Positions 38,156-48,902 are shown, counted from the first letter of the stretch. The stretch is DNA of 64,000 bases from an uncultured delta proteobacterium (GCA_963841435.1 CAWJCS010000004.1:416001-480000), one strand, 5' to 3'. Made by a program: numbers and translations. The notes: a model not told the origin generated them from the letters alone.

Positions 38156-39466
38156 TCACTCGCGGTCGTACGGCACGACCTCGCTCGAAGCGAGGCCGCT
38201 CACGGCCTTCCTCACGTCGTCCCCCACCTCCGATTCCGTGCCCACGACGGCCACGACGAGGTCATCCTCCGGCAGGCGGCGCCTCACGGCTTCGTTGGCG
38301 GCATCGAGCGTCACCGCCTGGAGCTGTTCCAGGTAGCGGGTGTAGTAGCCGCTCGGCAGGTCATAGAGCTTCTGGTCGAGGGCGAGGCCGATGCGCTTGG
38401 CGGCGGTGTCGATCGCGAAGGCGTGCGACCGCACGAGGTACCGCTTGGCCCAGCCGAGCTCCGCCTTGGTGAGCCCCTGCGCGCGGAACTTCGCCAACAT
38501 CTCGAGCTCGAGGGCGATGCAAGCAGCGGCGTCCGTGGCCTTCGGGAAGGTCCACATGCTGAACGCCTGGCGGCGTCGATCGAAGGGAAGGCTCGAATAC
38601 GCGCCGTAGGACCAGCCGCGCTTGGCGCGCACTTCCTGCATGAGGCGCGCCGTGAACGTGCCGCCGAAGGCGGTGTTCGCCACGGCAAGCGGGAAGTGAT
38701 CGGAGTCGTTCGGGTGGGTCCCGAGACCACCAATCAGGATCTGCGTTTGTGTGCGCTCCGGCTTATCGACGAGCACGAGGCGACGTCCGACGATCGGCGT
38801 CGGGTCGGGAGTGCCGTCACGGCGCGCCTCGCCAGGCGATAGGCCCTGGGTGAGAAGACGACCAAGCTCCTCGGCTCGGCTTTCGTCGATGTCCCCGGCG
38901 AGGGCGATCACGATGTTTTCGGGCACCACGAGCCGGCGATAAAGCTCGCGGATCGTATCCGGCGTCGTGGCGCGCACGCCCGACAGCGTGCCGCTCGCTG
39001 ATCGCGCATATGGGTGTCCCTGAAAGACACGACGTCGGAACCAGCGCCGCACCAGCCCGCGATCGTCGTCGAGAGCCTCGACGAGCTCGGCCTCGCTCTC
39101 GCGCTTGAGGCGCGAAAGCTCGTCCTCGGGCAGGCTCGGCCTGAGCAGCGTGTCGCTCAAGAACTCGAAGAAGCGCTCGAGCGAGCGCGAGATCACGGCG
39201 CCCTGGAACACGACCGTGCTCGCCGTCACCTCGGCTCCCAGCGACGCGCCCATGCCCTCGACGAGCGCATCGTTCTCCTCGGCCGAGCGGCCACCCGCGC
39301 TGCGGCGCATGAGCCGCGAGAGCAGGCGCACCGCGCCCTCGGAGCCGGGTGGATCCTCGATGGCACCGGTGCGAAGGGCCACGCTGAGGGCGACGAGCGG
39401 CAGATCGCGGCTCGTCTCGACGAGCAGCTCGGTCCCGCTTCTGGGCCTCGGCTCAGGGCTCGTCAC
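38156..39466 (-). CDS. M16 zinc peptidase, non-catalytic subunit
   Basis: M16 motifs (HPY, RLMQEVRAKRGWSYG) without HxxEH. Confidence 0.85.
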   Translation of the reverse strand: MTSPEPRPRSGTELLVETSRDLPLVALSVALRTGAIEDPPGSEGAVRLLSRLMRRSAGGRSAEENDALVEGMGASLGAEVTASTVVFQGAVISRSLERFFEFLSDTLLRPSLPEDELSRLKRESEAELVEALDDDRGLVRRWFRRRVFQGHPYARSASGTLSGVRATTPDTIRELYRRLVVPENIVIALAGDIDESRAEELGRLLTQGLSPGEARRDGTPDPTPIVGRRLVLVDKPERTQTQILIGGLGTHPNDSDHFPLAVANTAFGGTFTARLMQEVRAKRGWSYGAYSSLPFDRRRQAFSMWTFPKATDAAACIALELEMLAKFRAQGLTKAELGWAKRYLVRSHAFAIDTAAKRIGLALDQKLYDLPSGYYTRYLEQLQAVTLDAANEAVRRRLPEDDLVVAVVGTESEVGDDVRKAVSGLASSEVVPYDRE

Positions 39467-40777
39467 TCGGCTGCTTCCTCGGTGGCGCTGGCGAGGTCCG
39501 CACGCACGAGGATCACGCTGCGCGACGTGTCCGTGAGAAACCGGCGCGCTGCGCGCAACAGATCGCTCGTGCCGAGACGCCTGAGCGCCTCGAGCCGCTC
39601 GAAGGCGGCCGCGGGGCGGCCGAGCACCGTTTCGTAGAAACCGAGCGTGGCGGCCTTGCCTTCGGCCGTCTCTAGGCTCGCGACCAGGCCGAGCTCCGTC
39701 CGTGCGCGCGCGCGTTCGATCTCCTCCGTCGTCACGGGCTCCTTCCGGACGCGCTCGAGCTCGGCGTCGAGCGCCGCGAGCAGCTCCTCCGCTCGATGGC
39801 CCTCGCGCGCCGAGGCGTAGATCTCGAGCAAGCCGGGGTCGCGGAACGGCCCCACCGAGGCCCGCACGTCGGCGGTGATTTCGAGCTTTCGCACGAGCGT
39901 CTGGTGCGCACGACTCGCGCGGCCGCCGAACAGCACGTCCACCAACAGCGCGAGCGCCTGATGGTCGAAGTCGCCGAGCGCAGGCGCGTGATAGCCGATG
40001 GCGAGCTTCTCGGTGGGCGTGGGCTTCTTCACCTCGCGCCGCCGCTCCGCGATTTGCGGCGGCTCGGCGTGGAAATCCTCGACCGGCAGCTCGCTGGGCG
40101 GCATCGAGCCGTAGGCGCGTGACAGCTTCTCGAGCAGGGCTGCCTCGGTGAAGTCACCGACGACGATGACCGTCGCGTTGTTGGGGGCGTAGTAGGTGCG
40201 ATAAAACTCCGCGCAGTCGTCGGTGGTGAAGCCTTCGATGTCGCGCATCCAGCCGATCGTCGGCCAGCGATAGGCGTGATTTTGGAATGCGGTCGCCCAG
40301 AGTAGCTCGCTGACGGAGCCCTCGACGTCGTCGTCGACCCGATAGCGCCGCTCGTTGGCGACGACTTCCTTTTCGCTCTTCACCTGCGGCTCGCGGAGCA
40401 CGAGCTTCGACATGCGCTCCGCCTCGAGCTCGATGACCAGTCCGAGCTTCTCTTTTGGAATCGCGATGTTGTACTGCGTCCAATCGAGCCAGGTCGAAGC
40501 GTTGCTCTCGGCGCCCGCCTCTTCGAGCTTGCGATCGAACTCGCCGGGCGCGCGCCCCTCGACCTCGTTGAACATCAGATGCTCGAAGAGGTGCGCGAGA
40601 CCCGTCTTGCCGTCGCGCTCGTGCCGCGATCCAACGCGAAACCAGGTGTGAAACGCGACGACGGGCGCCGAGCGATCCTCGCACGTCAGGATCTCGAGGC
40701 CGCTTTGCATGCGGAAGCGCTCCACCCGTAGGCGGCTGCCGAACGGGATGCTCTCGATGTGCTCGATGCGCCCCCAT
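39463..40777 (-). CDS. M16 zinc peptidase, catalytic subunit; probable +1 G just after ATG 40777 (otherwise starts at GTG 40725)
   Basis: GLAHLFEHLMF, NASTW, EKEVVANER, YAPNNA. ATG GGG G CGC ATC gives MGRIEHIESIPFG if one G is removed. Confidence 0.88.
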
Positions 40778-40888
40778 TGCGGCGCGCGCTGGTTAAATCT
40801 TGTCGAGGCGCTGCGAGCGGGCGGACATGACGGACACTTTCGGTAGCAGTCGGGCGCGAGCGCGGCAAGCGCGGCGAGAGGCGCGCCC

Positions 40889-42688
40889 CTAAAGCTTCAA
40901 GATGGCGAGGAACGCTTCCTGTGGAACCTCGACACTGCCGACCGACTTCATGCGCTTCTTGCCTTCCTTCTGCTTTTCGAGGAGCTTTCGCTTGCGCGTG
41001 ATGTCGCCGCCGTAACACTTTGCAGTCACGTCCTTGCGGAGCGCGCGCACGGTTTCACGGCTGATCACCTTCGAGCCGATGGCCGCCTGGATCGCGACCT
41101 CGTACTGTTGGCGCGGCACGAGCTCCTTGAGCTTTGCCGCTAGCGCTCGGCCGCGCGCGTAGGCCGACTCGCGATGAACGATCACGCTCAGCGCATCCAG
41201 CGGGTCGCCGTTCAAGAGCATGTCGAGCTTCACGAGGTCGTCGCTGCGGTAGCCCGTCACCTCGTAATCCATGCTCGCGTAGCCGCGCGAGACGCTCTTC
41301 AGCTTGTCGTGAAAATCGAGGATCACCTCGGCGAGCGGTAGCTCGTAGGTGACGACGACGTAGTCCTTCGTGGCGAAGTGGATGCCGATCTGGGTGCCGC
41401 GGCGCTCCTCGCACAGGGCAACGACGGCACCCACGTGCTCGGACGGCACGTGCACCGTGAGCTTCAGGATGGGCTCCTCGATGCTCTCGAGGTCGCCCAC
41501 CGGGGGCATCTTCGACGGGTTGTCGACGCGCACCGTCTCGCCGGTCTTCTTGTGGGCGACGTACACGACGCTCGGGGCCGTCGTGATGAGGTCGAGGTTG
41601 TACTCGCGCTCCAGGCGCTCCTGGATGATTTCCATGTGGAGCAGGCCCAGAAATCCGCAGCGGAAGCCGAACCCGAGGGCGTCCGACGTGTCGGGCTCGA
41701 ACTGAAACGAGGAGTCGTTCATGTGAAGCTTCGCGAGGGCGTCGCGCAGGTTCTCGTATTCGGCCGAATCGGTCGGGTAGATGCCCGCGAAGACCATGGG
41801 CTTCACCTCCCGGAAGCCGGGTAGGGGGACGGTCGCGCCCTTGAGCGCGTGGGTCACCGTGTCGCCGATCTTCGTGTCCTCGGTGCTCTTCACGTTGCCG
41901 GCGACGAAGCCCACCTCGCCGGGCCCGAGCTCGTCGAGCGCCGTTGCGTGCGGCGTGAACGCGCCGATCTCGGTGACCTCGTAGGTGCGTCCCGTGGCCA
42001 TGAACGAGATTCGCTCGCCCTTCTTCAGCGTGCCCTCCATCACCCGGAGCATGACGACTGCGCCGCGATAGCTGTCGTACCAGCTGTCGAACAGGAGCGC
42101 GCGCAGCGGCGCCGCTGCGTCGCCCGTCGGCGGCGGAATGCGCGCCACGACCGCTTCGAGCAGCTCGGGCACGCCCTGGCCCGTCTTGCCGCTCACGAAC
42201 AGCGCGCCGCTGCAATCGAGCCCGATGACCTCCTCGATCTGCTCGGCGGCGCGATCGACGTCGGCCGACGCCAGGTCGACCTTGTTGAGGACGGGGATGA
42301 TCTCCAGTGAATTTTCGGTCGCGAGATAGGCGTTGGCGACGGTCTGCGCCTCGACCCCTTGCGTCGCATCGACCACGAGGAGCGCGCCCTCGCACGCTCT
42401 CAGGCTGCTCGAAACCTCGTAGTTGAAATCGACGTGCCCCGGCGTGTCGATGAGCTGAAGCTGGTAGTCCTGTCCGTCCTTCGCGCGGTAGCGCAGGCGC
42501 ACGGATTGCGCCTTGATGGTGATGCCGCGCTCGCGCTCGAGCTCGAGCTTGTCGAGGAACTGCTCCACGCGCTCGCGCGCGGTCACGGCGCCCGTCACGT
42601 CGAGGATCCGATCGGCGAGCGTGCTCTTGCCGTGGTCGACGTGGGCGATGATCGAGAAATTTCGGATCTTGTTGGGAGCGGTCGCCAT
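40889..42688 (-). CDS. lepA: Elongation factor 4 (LepA)
   Basis: [62 protein letters not shown]. Confidence 0.97.
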   Translation of the reverse strand: MATAPNKIRNFSIIAHVDHGKSTLADRILDVTGAVTARERVEQFLDKLELERERGITIKAQSVRLRYRAKDGQDYQLQLIDTPGHVDFNYEVSSSLRACEGALLVVDATQGVEAQTVANAYLATENSLEIIPVLNKVDLASADVDRAAEQIEEVIGLDCSGALFVSGKTGQGVPELLEAVVARIPPPTGDAAAPLRALLFDSWYDSYRGAVVMLRVMEGTLKKGERISFMATGRTYEVTEIGAFTPHATALDELGPGEVGFVAGNVKSTEDTKIGDTVTHALKGATVPLPGFREVKPMVFAGIYPTDSAEYENLRDALAKLHMNDSSFQFEPDTSDALGFGFRCGFLGLLHMEIIQERLEREYNLDLITTAPSVVYVAHKKTGETVRVDNPSKMPPVGDLESIEEPILKLTVHVPSEHVGAVVALCEERRGTQIGIHFATKDYVVVTYELPLAEVILDFHDKLKSVSRGYASMDYEVTGYRSDDLVKLDMLLNGDPLDALSVIVHRESAYARGRALAAKLKELVPRQQYEVAIQAAIGSKVISRETVRALRKDVTAKCYGGDITRKRKLLEKQKEGKKRMKSVGSVEVPQEAFLAILKL

Positions 42689-42707
42689 CGGGTCTCGGCC
42701 CGGGCGC

Positions 42708-42920
42708 CTACTTGCGTACCCGGCTCGCGGTCTCCTTGACGCTCTGAGCGTCCAGAGTTCGTTGGCCGGGCAGCGACTCCTCGTATTTCTTCAACACGAG
42801 GTCGATGCCTTCCCGGATGTAGACCGCGACCGGAACCTTGGTGCGCGAGTGCAACAGGTGCAAAAGCTCGTTTTGCTCCGGCGTGATGTAGATGGTCGTG
42901 GAGATCTTCTTCCGGGACAT
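42708..42920 (-). CDS. cdbA: Ribbon-helix-helix protein, CdbA/CdbB-like (c-di-GMP-binding nucleoid protein)
   Basis: [14 protein letters not shown]...[17 protein letters not shown] matches my recollection of myxobacterial CdbA; not verified by alignment. Confidence 0.7.
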   Translation of the reverse strand: MSRKKISTTIYITPEQNELLHLLHSRTKVPVAVYIREGIDLVLKKYEESLPGQRTLDAQSVKETASRVRK

Positions 42921-42950
42921 CGGTCGCGCGGCTTCGAATTGCGAGCCGTT

Positions 42951-42979
42951 ACATTAGATTCCCATACGTGCATTGTCAA
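42951..42979 (-). promoter_or_regulatory. Sigma70-type promoter of the cdbA-like gene and lepA
   Basis: Minus strand TTGACA (42979-42974), 17 nt spacer, TAATGT (42956-42951). Confidence 0.65.
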
Positions 42980-43182
42980 TGCTGAGGGTGTGCCGTTTAC
43001 GACAAATAGATAATATATTTCATATGGTTACACATGTAAGTCCAGGAGCTTGGCAGGTAGGTCTTCCTCGGGGTTTCGGGGTACGTTTCGGCCCGCTGAC
43101 CGCTGATGTGTCGGACCCGAAATCCGGTGTCGCCGGGGGCCGGCCTGGAATTTCTGGCTCGCTCGGAGTATTGAAGCGAGCC

Positions 43183-43911
43183 ATGCGCTCGCGCGGGTCC
43201 GGGTCGAGCTGGCCGTGGGTCGGCCTGCTCGCCATTTTTTGCTTTGGCTGTAACTCTGGGCCAGGGGCACGTTCGCCCGATTCCTCGACCGGGGAGCGCG
43301 ACGTGCGCGTCATCCACGAGCCGTGCGACACGTCCGGCGGCAGCGCCGAGCGACTGGACGCGAACGGCGACGGGCGTCCCGAAGTCACGATCGTCCGCGA
43401 GGGTGGCCGTGAGGTTTGCCGTGCCGTCGACCTGAACCTCGACGGCAGGGTGGACGTATGGGTCTACCTCGACGAGCACGGCCAGCTCAGGCGTCGCGAG
43501 TACGACTTCGATCGCGACGGAACCATCGACCAGATCGTCGACTATCAGGGAGGCGTCCCGGTCACGGGCGAGCGGGCCACGTTGCTCGCGAACCGGCTCG
43601 ACACTTGGGACTACTACCAGAACGGCGTGCTCGCTCGGAGCGAGCGCGACTCCGACTCCGACGCACGCATCGACCAATGGTGGGAGTATCCGAAGCCGGG
43701 TTGCCCGATGATCCACGCGGACGCCAACCAGGATGGCCGGCCCGATCCGGGAACGACGATCGATTATTGCAAGGAGACGGGCTACGTGCCTCCCGAGCGC
43801 CAATACTACCGGCAGGCGGAGGGGCCGACCTTCCGTGAGCAGCTCGGCACGCCGACCGAGGTCGAGAACCGGGAAGACGACTCCGGCGCCGGCAAGAAGG
43901 AGGAGAAGTGA
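43183..43911 (+). CDS. Lipoprotein with Dx[DN]xDG repeats
   Basis: Lipobox CFGC; DANGDG, DLNLDG, DFDRDG, DSDSDA, DANQDG. Confidence 0.8.
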   Translation: MRSRGSGSSWPWVGLLAIFCFGCNSGPGARSPDSSTGERDVRVIHEPCDTSGGSAERLDANGDGRPEVTIVREGGREVCRAVDLNLDGRVDVWVYLDEHGQLRRREYDFDRDGTIDQIVDYQGGVPVTGERATLLANRLDTWDYYQNGVLARSERDSDSDARIDQWWEYPKPGCPMIHADANQDGRPDPGTTIDYCKETGYVPPERQYYRQAEGPTFREQLGTPTEVENREDDSGAGKKEEK

Positions 43912-44699
43912 AGCTGCGACACGGCCTGTCTCGAGACGGTGTGCTTTCAGGCGTTGCGCTCGCGCTTGCCGCGAGCGCCGGCGTATGGGCCTGCGGGGGC
44001 ACCGAGACGCCCGGACCGAAAGCAGCGCCGCAGCGTGACGTGAAGCTCGTCGGCATCTCGAGCGACGACAGCTCGCGATGCGACTACAAGGGTCGCGTCG
44101 ACCGCGAGGTGACCGAGTCCGTGGGGCCCGGGTCCGTCACGCAGAACATCCGGCGTGTCTACGCGCTGCTCGGCGAAGGGGAGGACCGTCGGCGCGTCCT
44201 CATCTGTCGCGAGGTGGACACGAACCTCGACGGCGCCAAGGACGTCGTGCGCACCTACAACGAGCGCGGCGAAGCGCTCAACGAGATCGCCGACACCGAT
44301 TTCGACAACAAGATCGACACCTGGGTCACCTTTTCGCGCGGGAAGATCGTCAAGGTCGCCGTCGATCACTCTCACAACGGGCAACCCGACGAAACGCGCG
44401 TCTACATGGGCGGCAAGCTCAGCCGCGTTCAGCGCGACTCCAACGGCGACGGCAAGCCCGACGTTTGGGAGATCTACGACGACGGCAAGCTCCAGCGTCA
44501 GGGTGTGGACCTCAACCAGGATGGCCGCGTTGACCGCTGGGACCGTGACGAGATCGCTCTTCGCGAGATCAACGAGAAGGAACGCCGCGAGCAGGAGGAG
44601 GCCGAGAAGAAGGCCGCCGAGGAAGAGAAGCGCCAGAAGGAGCAGGCGCTCGACGGTGGCGTGACGGACGCGCGAGTCAGCGCGCGACGTCGCGAGTGA
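43908..44699 (+). CDS. Second lipoprotein with Dx[DN]xDG repeats and a charged tail
   Basis: Lipobox VWAC; DTNLDG, DTDFDN, DHSHNG, DSNGDG, DLNQDG; GTGA overlap. Confidence 0.8.
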   Translation: MKLRHGLSRDGVLSGVALALAASAGVWACGGTETPGPKAAPQRDVKLVGISSDDSSRCDYKGRVDREVTESVGPGSVTQNIRRVYALLGEGEDRRRVLICREVDTNLDGAKDVVRTYNERGEALNEIADTDFDNKIDTWVTFSRGKIVKVAVDHSHNGQPDETRVYMGGKLSRVQRDSNGDGKPDVWEIYDDGKLQRQGVDLNQDGRVDRWDRDEIALREINEKERREQEEAEKKAAEEEKRQKEQALDGGVTDARVSARRRE

Positions 44700-45691
44700 C
44701 GCGGCCCGGACACAACCCGCCGCGCGGCGGGCGGCGCGAGGAAGCGGCGGCACGGCCGCGCCCAGCCCGCAGGCCACGGGGCGCTGTGCCCCTGGCTGGC
44801 CGAGTCCAGAGCCAAGCGCCGATAGAGGGCCCTCCGCCCGACGAGGCGGTTGTCGAGCGTCCGCGGGGAGCAGGAGCCGTCGGCGAGCGGCTGCAGAAGG
44901 TGCTGGCCCGCGCGGGTGTGGCCTCGCGGCGCGCCGCCGAGGTTCTCATCGAGGCAGGCCGCGTGCGAGTCGACGGTCGCATCGTGCGTGAGCTCGGCGT
45001 CCGCGTGACCCGCAGGGCGCGCGTCGAGCTCGACGGGCGCCGCATCGTCGCCGAGCCGCTTCTCTACGTCATCCTGCACAAGCCCCGGGGCGTCGTCTGC
45101 ACGCTGAGCGACCCCGAGGGGCGCCCCACGGTCGGGGATCACCTGCGCGAAGTCGGTGCCCGCGTGGTCCCCGTGGGTCGGCTCGACTTTCACACGAGCG
45201 GCGCGCTCATCTGCACCAACGATGGCGAGCTCCTGAGCCGGCTTGCGCACCCGCGCTACCACGCGGCCAAGGAGTACGTCGTCAAGGTGCAAGGGGTCGT
45301 CGACGAGCGGGGTTTGGCGCGGCTCGCCGACGCCATCGTCATCGACGGGCGCCCCACGCGCCCTGCCGAGATCCGTCTGCTCCGCGTCGAAGGCGACAAG
45401 ACCTGGCTCGCCGTACGGCTTCGCGAAGGGAAGAATCGCCAGGTGCGTCGCCTGGGCGAGCACGCGGGGCTGCCGGTCATGCGTCTGGTTCGTGCGTCGC
45501 ACGCCGGTATCACGACCGAGGGGTTACGCCCCGGGGAGTGGCGTCATTTGAGCGTCGACGAGCTCACCGAGCTTCAGCGTGAGTTCGGTGTTCCGCGCCG
45601 CGTGCGACCGCCTCCGCAGGTGGTCGTGCCGGGCGCCGCGGCGCGTCGCACCCGCCCGGCACGACCGCGAGGACGCCCGGCGCGCCGCTAG
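44696..45691 (+). CDS. RsuA/RluB family pseudouridine synthase
   Basis: ERLQKVLARAGVASRRAAE, HKPRG, VGRLDFHTSG, EGKNRQVRR. Confidence 0.9.
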   Translation: MTRPGHNPPRGGRREEAAARPRPARRPRGAVPLAGRVQSQAPIEGPPPDEAVVERPRGAGAVGERLQKVLARAGVASRRAAEVLIEAGRVRVDGRIVRELGVRVTRRARVELDGRRIVAEPLLYVILHKPRGVVCTLSDPEGRPTVGDHLREVGARVVPVGRLDFHTSGALICTNDGELLSRLAHPRYHAAKEYVVKVQGVVDERGLARLADAIVIDGRPTRPAEIRLLRVEGDKTWLAVRLREGKNRQVRRLGEHAGLPVMRLVRASHAGITTEGLRPGEWRHLSVDELTELQREFGVPRRVRPPPQVVVPGAAARRTRPARPRGRPARR

Positions 45692-46227
45692 ACGCCGCCG
45701 CCCCCAGCCTCCGCCGCGCCCGCCTCGCCGGCGTTGCCGCCCGCGCCCGAGGTTCCCGACGCGCCCGAGGTCCCCGACGTGCTGCCGCCGCTGCCCGGAC
45801 CGCGGCCGCCGCGCCCGGCTTGACCCGCCTCGCCGGCCTCGCCCGCGCCCCCGCTGCCGGTGCCCGCGCTGCCACCGGTCGCGACGAAATAGCACTCCCA
45901 CTGGCGGTTCGTGCAGATGCACTCCGCGCCGGCGATCGGACAGTAAAGGTCATTGGGCTGGCAGCTGCCGCCGGGTGTCACCGTCAAGTCGGGGCACGGA
46001 TCCGCTGGGGTGCCGCCGGTGCCGCCCGTGGCATTGCGCCCGCCCATCCCGCCGGTTTGGCCGAGGCCGCCCTGACCCATGCCCCGTCCGCCGCTACCGG
46101 CCGTCGCTCCGACGGAGCCACCGGTCGTCCCAGCCGAGCTCGAGTCCTTGCCGCCGCACGCCTGCATGGCGGACGACGCACCGACCGTGAAGACCACGCC
46201 AGTCACCAGAGCTTCGAAGCGCTTCAT
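45688..46227 (-). CDS. Gly-rich lipoprotein with a small six-Cys module
   Basis: Lipobox MQAC; Gly-rich segments flank CPD...SC...YC...ECICTNRQWEC. Confidence 0.72.
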   Translation of the reverse strand: MKRFEALVTGVVFTVGASSAMQACGGKDSSSAGTTGGSVGATAGSGGRGMGQGGLGQTGGMGGRNATGGTGGTPADPCPDLTVTPGGSCQPNDLYCPIAGAECICTNRQWECYFVATGGSAGTGSGGAGEAGEAGQAGRGGRGPGSGGSTSGTSGASGTSGAGGNAGEAGAAEAGGGGV

Positions 46228-46288
46228 CCATCACCCATTTCGTGGTTCGGTTTGCGGATCATTTCGTGAAGAGCTTCCTCGGACCGGC

Positions 46289-47584
46289 TCAGCGGATGCC
46301 GACCCTGGGTTTGCACCCGACAGCTACGTCGACACGACCCGCCTCGAAGCGGCTGCACGTGCACGGGCACACCAGGATCTGTGTCGGTGCGTCGGGGTTG
46401 TCGTAGTACCAGCCGCCGTTCGGGTTCCGCGCGCACGCCTCGAGATCGTAGATGCGCGGGACCTCCTCGACCGACGTGTCACCCGCGGTGTAGGTGACCT
46501 GTACCTCGTCGTAGTCGATCTTCATCGTTTCGTCGGGTGGCGGCGGGATCTCGTATCGGCAGGCGAGCTTGGTGTTCGACACGTTGCGCAGCGCTGCGAC
46601 GAATGAGCCGGTCGGATCGCCCTCGTCAACGAGATACGCCTGGTGCGTCCCCCCCCCGATGGCGATGCTGTCCAGGTTGAAGTCTGCAGCCAGGCCGATC
46701 ACGTATGTTCTCACGTAGGGCTCCGTCGTGTGCGCGGCCTCGGCCATGGCCGCGATGTCGGCGAGGGCCATCGGCGCGCATTGCGTCGGGTAGCCGTCGG
46801 TGACGAGGACGACGGCCGTGGCCCGCCCGTCGGCGCCCGCTGCCCATTCGCTCGCGTGCGCGAGCGCTCCCTCGAGCGCGGGTGCCGTCGGCGTGAGCCC
46901 ACCGGGCTTGACGGCATCCATTGCGTCCAGGATGTCGTTGCCGACGTTGGCGAGGTCACCGATCTCGACCTTTGGCACGGCGTAGTAGTTGGCGTCACAA
47001 TCGAGCGCGTCGTCGTTGCCACCCGTGCGACCGAAGAAGCCGAGCCCGACACGGACGTCCTCGGCGCTCGCCTCGTCGACGAACGCCGCAATGGCGTCTC
47101 GGAGCACCTGCCAGCGCGTGAGCCCGGTCGTCGCATCGACGTTCTTCAGCGAGACCGAGCGGTCCATCATGAGGTAAAGATCGACGGGCACGGGCTCGGC
47201 CTCGAACGATACGCCACGACAGGCATCGACACCGGCTCCCGCGTCCGCATCGTCGAGCGGGAGGCCCGGGCACGCTTCGCCCGACGCGACGGAGCCGCCA
47301 CTGCCGCCCGAGCCGCCCGTCGAGCCGCCACTGCCGCCCGTTGTCGAGCCCGCGGAGCCGCCGCTCGCAGCAGCGCCACCGTTTGCCGCGCTACCGCCCG
47401 AGCCGCCCCCCGGAGAGCCGCCGGTCGTGCCGCTCGAGCCGCCTCGGGCAGCGTTGCCGCCGCTGCTGCCGCCGACGGAGCCCAAGCCCGTGTCATTGCC
47501 CGCGTCGGAGCTGCTGCACGCCTGCACGACGAGAGCCGCCGCGAGGAACGCCGTGGTGCTGCCGAGCCATGTGGAGGGACGCAT
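46289..47584 (-). CDS. Gly-rich vWA lipoprotein (paralog 3)
   Basis: ATG 47584; lipobox VQAC; DRSVS, GLTP, LVTDG; Cys-rich C-terminal domain. Confidence 0.85.
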   Translation of the reverse strand: MRPSTWLGSTTAFLAAALVVQACSSSDAGNDTGLGSVGGSSGGNAARGGSSGTTGGSPGGGSGGSAANGGAAASGGSAGSTTGGSGGSTGGSGGSGGSVASGEACPGLPLDDADAGAGVDACRGVSFEAEPVPVDLYLMMDRSVSLKNVDATTGLTRWQVLRDAIAAFVDEASAEDVRVGLGFFGRTGGNDDALDCDANYYAVPKVEIGDLANVGNDILDAMDAVKPGGLTPTAPALEGALAHASEWAAGADGRATAVVLVTDGYPTQCAPMALADIAAMAEAAHTTEPYVRTYVIGLAADFNLDSIAIGGGTHQAYLVDEGDPTGSFVAALRNVSNTKLACRYEIPPPPDETMKIDYDEVQVTYTAGDTSVEEVPRIYDLEACARNPNGGWYYDNPDAPTQILVCPCTCSRFEAGRVDVAVGCKPRVGIR

Positions 47585-47597
47585 GCTTCGATCTCCG

Positions 47598-48902
47598 CTA
47601 GCGAATGGTGGTGCACCCGTAAACGACGTTGACTCGGCGAGCGCCGTTCGCCTTGAGGTCGTCGCAGGCCGGGCCGTGGATGATGACGCTGGTCGGCGCG
47701 GCGGAATCGTCGAAGTCCCAACCGGATTCGTCGCCCTCCTTGTGCAGGACCTCGCAGTCGATGGCCACGTTGACGAGGCTGAGCTGGGCGGGCGGTTCGC
47801 CGAGCGCGATCTCGCAGGAGCGGACGAGCTCGGTCGTGATGTTGCGAAGGACATCGGTCAGACCGCTCACGCCGCTCGCCGCCGAGACGGCGAAATAGTC
47901 GTGATCCGAGCCCTGCTGCGGCACGCCGCCGGCGCGCGCGAACGCGTCGAGGTAGTCGGTGTAGTCCTCGGTGCCCGGGATGCCCACGACGAACGTAGCG
48001 ATGCCTGCGGCCCGCAGTGCGTCGATCTGGCCGGTCACTCCCTCGTCGTCGACGCAGTACTCGCCGGCGCCGTCGCAGCAGTTGCCTGCTTGACACTGAT
48101 CCTCGCCGTCGAGGTTCGGGGTGCAGGTGTCGGCGCTGCACGTGAGGTCATAATTGCAGTTCGGACCGCCGTCCGTCGCGAGCAGCACGTATTTGTCGCC
48201 CTCGAGCAGGAGGCCGTCGCCCGTGGTGAAGTAGTCGAGCGCTCGGGCGAGGGCGGCCGCCGTGGGAGTTCCGCCCCCGGGTGATGCGTCCGACAGCGCT
48301 TGCTCGATCGGCGTTCCCTGGTCCGACCCGACGCCGACCCGTATGGCGTCGCTCGCGTCGGGGACCTCGCAACAAAGATCGCCCTCGCAATAAAGGGGGA
48401 TCTTATTCATCGTCGAATACGGGTAGAGTAAGAGGCCCACGTTGAGCGTCGCAGGAGCGGTCGAGAGCGCCGAGCCGAGGGCCTGCTTCATGGCGGCCCA
48501 TTTGTCGGTGCTGAAGCCGACGGGTTGGTCCGTCATGCTCCCCGACTTGTCGATGACGAAAAGGACGTTGACGGGGACGGGCATGGCCTCGACGCGCGTG
48601 CCGCCGCATTGACCGAGACCGACGAGCGTCTGGCACACAGCGCCGGTCTCGCCGCCTTCACCACCGTCGGACGCCACGCTCCCTCCAGTTCCCCCACTCG
48701 CGTCGCCGCTGCCCGCGGTTCCGCCCGAGGAGCTGATCGTCCCCGCGCTGCCCCCTTGCCCGATGACGATGCCAGCGCTGCCCCCGCTCGCGCTCGTGCC
48801 CGAAGCGCCGAGTGCCCCGGAATCATCGGTCTTCTTGCAGGCGCCCACGAGCGGCAAGAGGCAGCCAGTGGCCACACAAAACGAGGAAAAGCGCGTGAGC
48901 AT
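47598..48902 (-). CDS. Gly-rich vWA lipoprotein (paralog 4)
   Basis: ATG 48902; lipobox VGAC; DKSGS, GGTP, LATDG. Confidence 0.85.
   Translation of the reverse strand: MLTRFSSFCVATGCLLPLVGACKKTDDSGALGASGTSASGGSAGIVIGQGGSAGTISSSGGTAGSGDASGGTGGSVASDGGEGGETGAVCQTLVGLGQCGGTRVEAMPVPVNVLFVIDKSGSMTDQPVGFSTDKWAAMKQALGSALSTAPATLNVGLLLYPYSTMNKIPLYCEGDLCCEVPDASDAIRVGVGSDQGTPIEQALSDASPGGGTPTAAALARALDYFTTGDGLLLEGDKYVLLATDGGPNCNYDLTCSADTCTPNLDGEDQCQAGNCCDGAGEYCVDDEGVTGQIDALRAAGIATFVVGIPGTEDYTDYLDAFARAGGVPQQGSDHDYFAVSAASGVSGLTDVLRNITTELVRSCEIALGEPPAQLSLVNVAIDCEVLHKEGDESGWDFDDSAAPTSVIIHGPACDDLKANGARRVNVVYGCTTIR

Noticed and set aside
36397-38472. 691-aa phosphomutase with a novel Arg-rich C-terminus
   Set aside because: It is a frameshift product; the real C-terminal motifs are in the adjacent frame ending at 38137.
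38156-39466. M16 peptidase missing HxxEH as a novel pseudoenzyme
   Set aside because: Active plus inactive M16B pairs are a well-known heterodimer arrangement.
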